A DNA stretch of 63,864 nt, counting the filler, from Pelomyxa schiedti (lineage: Eukaryota > Protista > Evosea), in assembly GCA_020536535.1 (NCBI GenBank). It is 8 parts of 8 records of this genome, joined end to end, with 100 filler letters (N's around TTAATTAATTAA, not from the genome) between each part and the next. Parts side by side here need not be neighbours in the genome. Positions count along the whole stretch, not along the records: positions 55,714 to 63,864 come from JAHLWZ010000580.1; 7 more parts are not named here. One strand, 5' to 3'. Below the pieces are notes generated by a model. The model ran no database searches and had not been told where the DNA came from. It worked only from the letters and a program-made list of their open reading frames with translations. The position numbers were made by a program, and so were the translations under genes. Numbering within the stretch: the stretch's first letter is position 1; each line of letters starts with the position of its first letter. This document shows positions 60,899 through 63,864 of this stretch, in pieces.

Positions 60899-63864
60899 AT
60901 GCAAGCACTCAAGATTGTTGTCGTTGGAGACGGAGCCGTGGGGAAAGTGTGTAACGTTACGTTGCACTGTTGTTCTACGCAGCGCCTCCCACAATTCACA
61001 CATATCGCGGGTTTTTGACTTTTGCTCAAGACTTGCCTGTTTATACGTTACACTACGGGCTCATTTCCGTCAGAGTACATCCCGACTGTACGGTTTTTTT
61101 TTAGTTGTTGTGGTTTTCGGCTACTTTTGTTGCTTACAACTCAAAAGGTGTTTGATAATTACAGGTAAAAAAGGGCGGGAGCGTGTTTGATTGAAATGAA
61201 ATTGTGACTGTATCAAGTGCGAATGTTATGTTTGAGAACAAGCCGTACAATTTGGGATTGTGGGACACTGCTGGTGTGACAACCTCTTTTTTTAGCAAAA
61301 TCCTCCGCTTTTTTTTTTTTTTTTTTGCGTGGGGCCCTCGATTTTATTTTCAACTCAGAAATTTAGGTGAGGAGGACTATGACAGACTGAGACCACTGAG
61401 CTATCCCCAAACAGATCTCTTCTTGGTTTGATTCGCAAGTTGTGTTTTCCTTTTGTCATGACACCCACCCAAAGGTCTGTTTTTCAATTATGTCACCGTC
61501 TTCTTTAGAGAACGTTCGGTCAAAGGTACAACCATAAATCCTTTTGTTCTTCTTTATTCACCAAATTAATTTTTCCTGGACAACATTCAAGTGGTTTCCT
61601 GAGGTGAGATATTCCTGCACCTCTTTTTTGCACCAAAATTTCGGTTAGATCTCTCATCATTGCCCCACCACCCCGTTCATCATCGTTGGTACAAAACGGG
61701 ACTTGAGGACTGATCCTGTTTGCCTTCAGCGTCTTATACAGCGCGGTCAGGCACCTGTTTCTTTTGAAATGGGCTCTGAGGTAAAGCTCGATCAGAGATT
61801 ACAAAAACCTGACATCTTAACCTCAGATGGCACGAGAGCTTCATGCTCCAGCGTACATTGAGACAAGTTCATTGACTGGGGATCACGTTCAAGATCTTTT
61901 CGCACATGTATGCAGAATTGCCACAACAGGATCAACCGGAATGCCACACTCGAGAAGAAAGCAATCTGTTCCATCCTTCTCATGGGTACTCTCTCTCACT
62001 AATCGAGTTCCACATCACCCATAAAGTTAAACTCACCTTCGGAAAACAGGGAACTCTGTGGAACGCAGTTGTCTCGCATTGGAACATCAAGGCCTGCAGC
62101 CACAGTTCATCGACCGTCATGGTCACCACTTTTCACCAACGTTGATGTGGCTGCAAGGTGACACAAACATTGTGTTTCTCCTTTTTCTCACACACGAACA
62201 CACACAGGTACGGTCACACACAATCACGATGTGGAAGCGTGCTGTTCACAGTTGGTGGAATGTGTGCCGAGGGTGCACCACCCGCCCTGAGGTTCTGAGG
62301 TTCGAATATTCGAGCGGGAGTTGGTTGCAACCAATTCCTCTCGGGATCACAGCTTGCAACGAGAACCCGAGGCACTCTGTTGTTTACAAAGGAATGACTT
62401 TCGCTGCCTCTGCGTATGTCTCTTGGGAAAACTCCCCATCCTGACTCTTTTTAATCTCGAACAGGTTTGTTGACAACCTGATGTTCCTCTTTGGAGGTTC
62501 GTTTTCCATTCATTTCTTCTTCACTGATTGTGGGGGGGGTTCACACCGCACACAGGGAGGAGCAACAGTTACACAAACTCGTTGCATTGCCTGAATGTGA
62601 CCACAGGTGAGTGGTCACTTCTTCCAGAAGGAAACCGTGCGGAATCACCCTCACCTCGATATGGTTCATCAATGATCGCATTCGCAAAGCGTTTGTTTGT
62701 GTTTGGAGGGTATGTTCATCAACCTCAACCATTCTAAACAATGATGCAGGTATGACTGCAACGGGATTGCAGGTGAGGACTTGACTTGTTATGACCTGAC
62801 TGCTCAAACTTGGATCCCGGTGTGTGTTTTCTCCTGTAAAAACCACGACAACTTCTTTTCACAACACAAATGAACCCCTTTGTTTTTAAACACAGACATT
62901 CACACCAACAAAGGTTCCAATCAAACCAGGAAGACAAGCACCAAGTGGAAGATTCAACCACACCGCTGTTTGCCACAACGGAAACATGATTATCTTCGGT
63001 AAAACGCCCCCTCAATTTGAACCCACAATAATGACTCACCAAAATCCTCCCCACACACAACACACACACAGGTGGAATTCTGAATGGGAAGAGGCTCAAC
63101 GATGTGTGGATTTTCGGTAAAACAATCAGAACAATCCCAAATCCTGATTCTAATTTCTCAATCCCAGATCTTTCCACCAATGTATGGTTGAAACCGCCCA
63201 CACAAGGAATCACACCACCACCGATGCGAGGCCACTCAGCTGCTGTGATTGGTGATGAAATGTTTGTGTGCTCTTGTGATCCCCCCGCAAATCCTTCTTC
63301 AATGGCTTTGTTCAAGTATTCTTCTCTCTCTTCCTCCTCCTTCCTCAGTTCATAATTCCTCTCCTCCAATTGATTCTCACTCGCACACACAGACTCACAT
63401 TGGGATCGACATTTGAATGGACACGAGTTGAGATCGGGAACACACCACCTGTTCGTGAATTCCACACTCTTCTTTCATCGGAGACTGGTTCGTTGATCCT
63501 GGCAGGTGGTCGTGCTCTCACTCCATCCGGAACACCCTCAGGTTGGTTATCTCCAAAATACAACAAATGCGATTCACTGACATACACAACCACACAAGGA
63601 AAGATGCACGGTGATGCGTGGTGGCTTCAGCTTTTCAGCAACGTTTTTGGGATGCTTCCGCACGAACTGTGGATGAACATTTTCTCGTACTGTGACCCAA
63701 AGGATCTCTTCCGGATTTCCGCTGTATGTGTATCGAGCCCTCCCATTCATCGACCGTCACCAATTCCCCCTACGCGTTGGGCACCCACTTCACACTTCGC
63801 TCGCAACTCACAATGAATATTCACTTGACTCACATCACACATACACACAGGTTTGCCGGGATTT
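60899..63864 (+). CDS. Rac-like Rho GTPase / Kelch / F-box fusion, copy 2 (3' end beyond window)
   Basis: [16 protein letters not shown]|[11 protein letters not shown]|VFDNY|SANVM..LGLWDTA|[31 protein letters not shown]; six Kelch blades; F-box [23 protein letters not shown]. Confidence 0.88.

Noticed and set aside
1-63864. CRISPR arrays, operons, rRNA or tRNA genes, prokaryotic defence systems
   Set aside because: No repeat-spacer array or RNA gene recognised; spliceosomal introns and SPT5 show eukaryotic nuclear DNA.

Overview
Eukaryotic, gene-dense, intron-rich DNA with many short (~40-90 nt) GT-AG introns. Its style suggests an amoeboid protist, possibly Pelomyxa-like; that is inference only. 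The window consists of pieces joined by seven 100-nt N spacers containing the six-frame-stop linker TTAATTAATTAA plus two plain 100-N gaps, so adjacency across spacers is not reliable. Recognisable genes: SPT5, an ankyrin-repeat protein kinase, a RING/B-box/coiled-coil/SEL1 protein, a Rab-like and an AIG1/GIMAP-like GTPase, an FG-GAP multipass membrane protein, three paralogous multipass membrane proteins, a small secreted Cys-rich protein, and transposon relics (intron-containing piggyBac, RLE non-LTR fragment, a 321-bp TG..CA insertion with a 4-bp TSD). Two things stand out. (1) Rho/Rac GTPases are fused to a 6-blade Kelch propeller and an F-box, in two circularly permuted orders: Kelch-F-box-Rho-CaaX at 21.2-24.0 kb and tandem Rho-Kelch-F-box at 56.8-63.9 kb. 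The tandem copies have lost the catalytic Gln61. These are candidate SCF counterparts of RhoBTB. (2) A rapidly turning-over, intronless ~400-460 aa family with an N-terminal 'QFxAL...(H)xRCG..S..L' module has 7 intact copies and many relics here.
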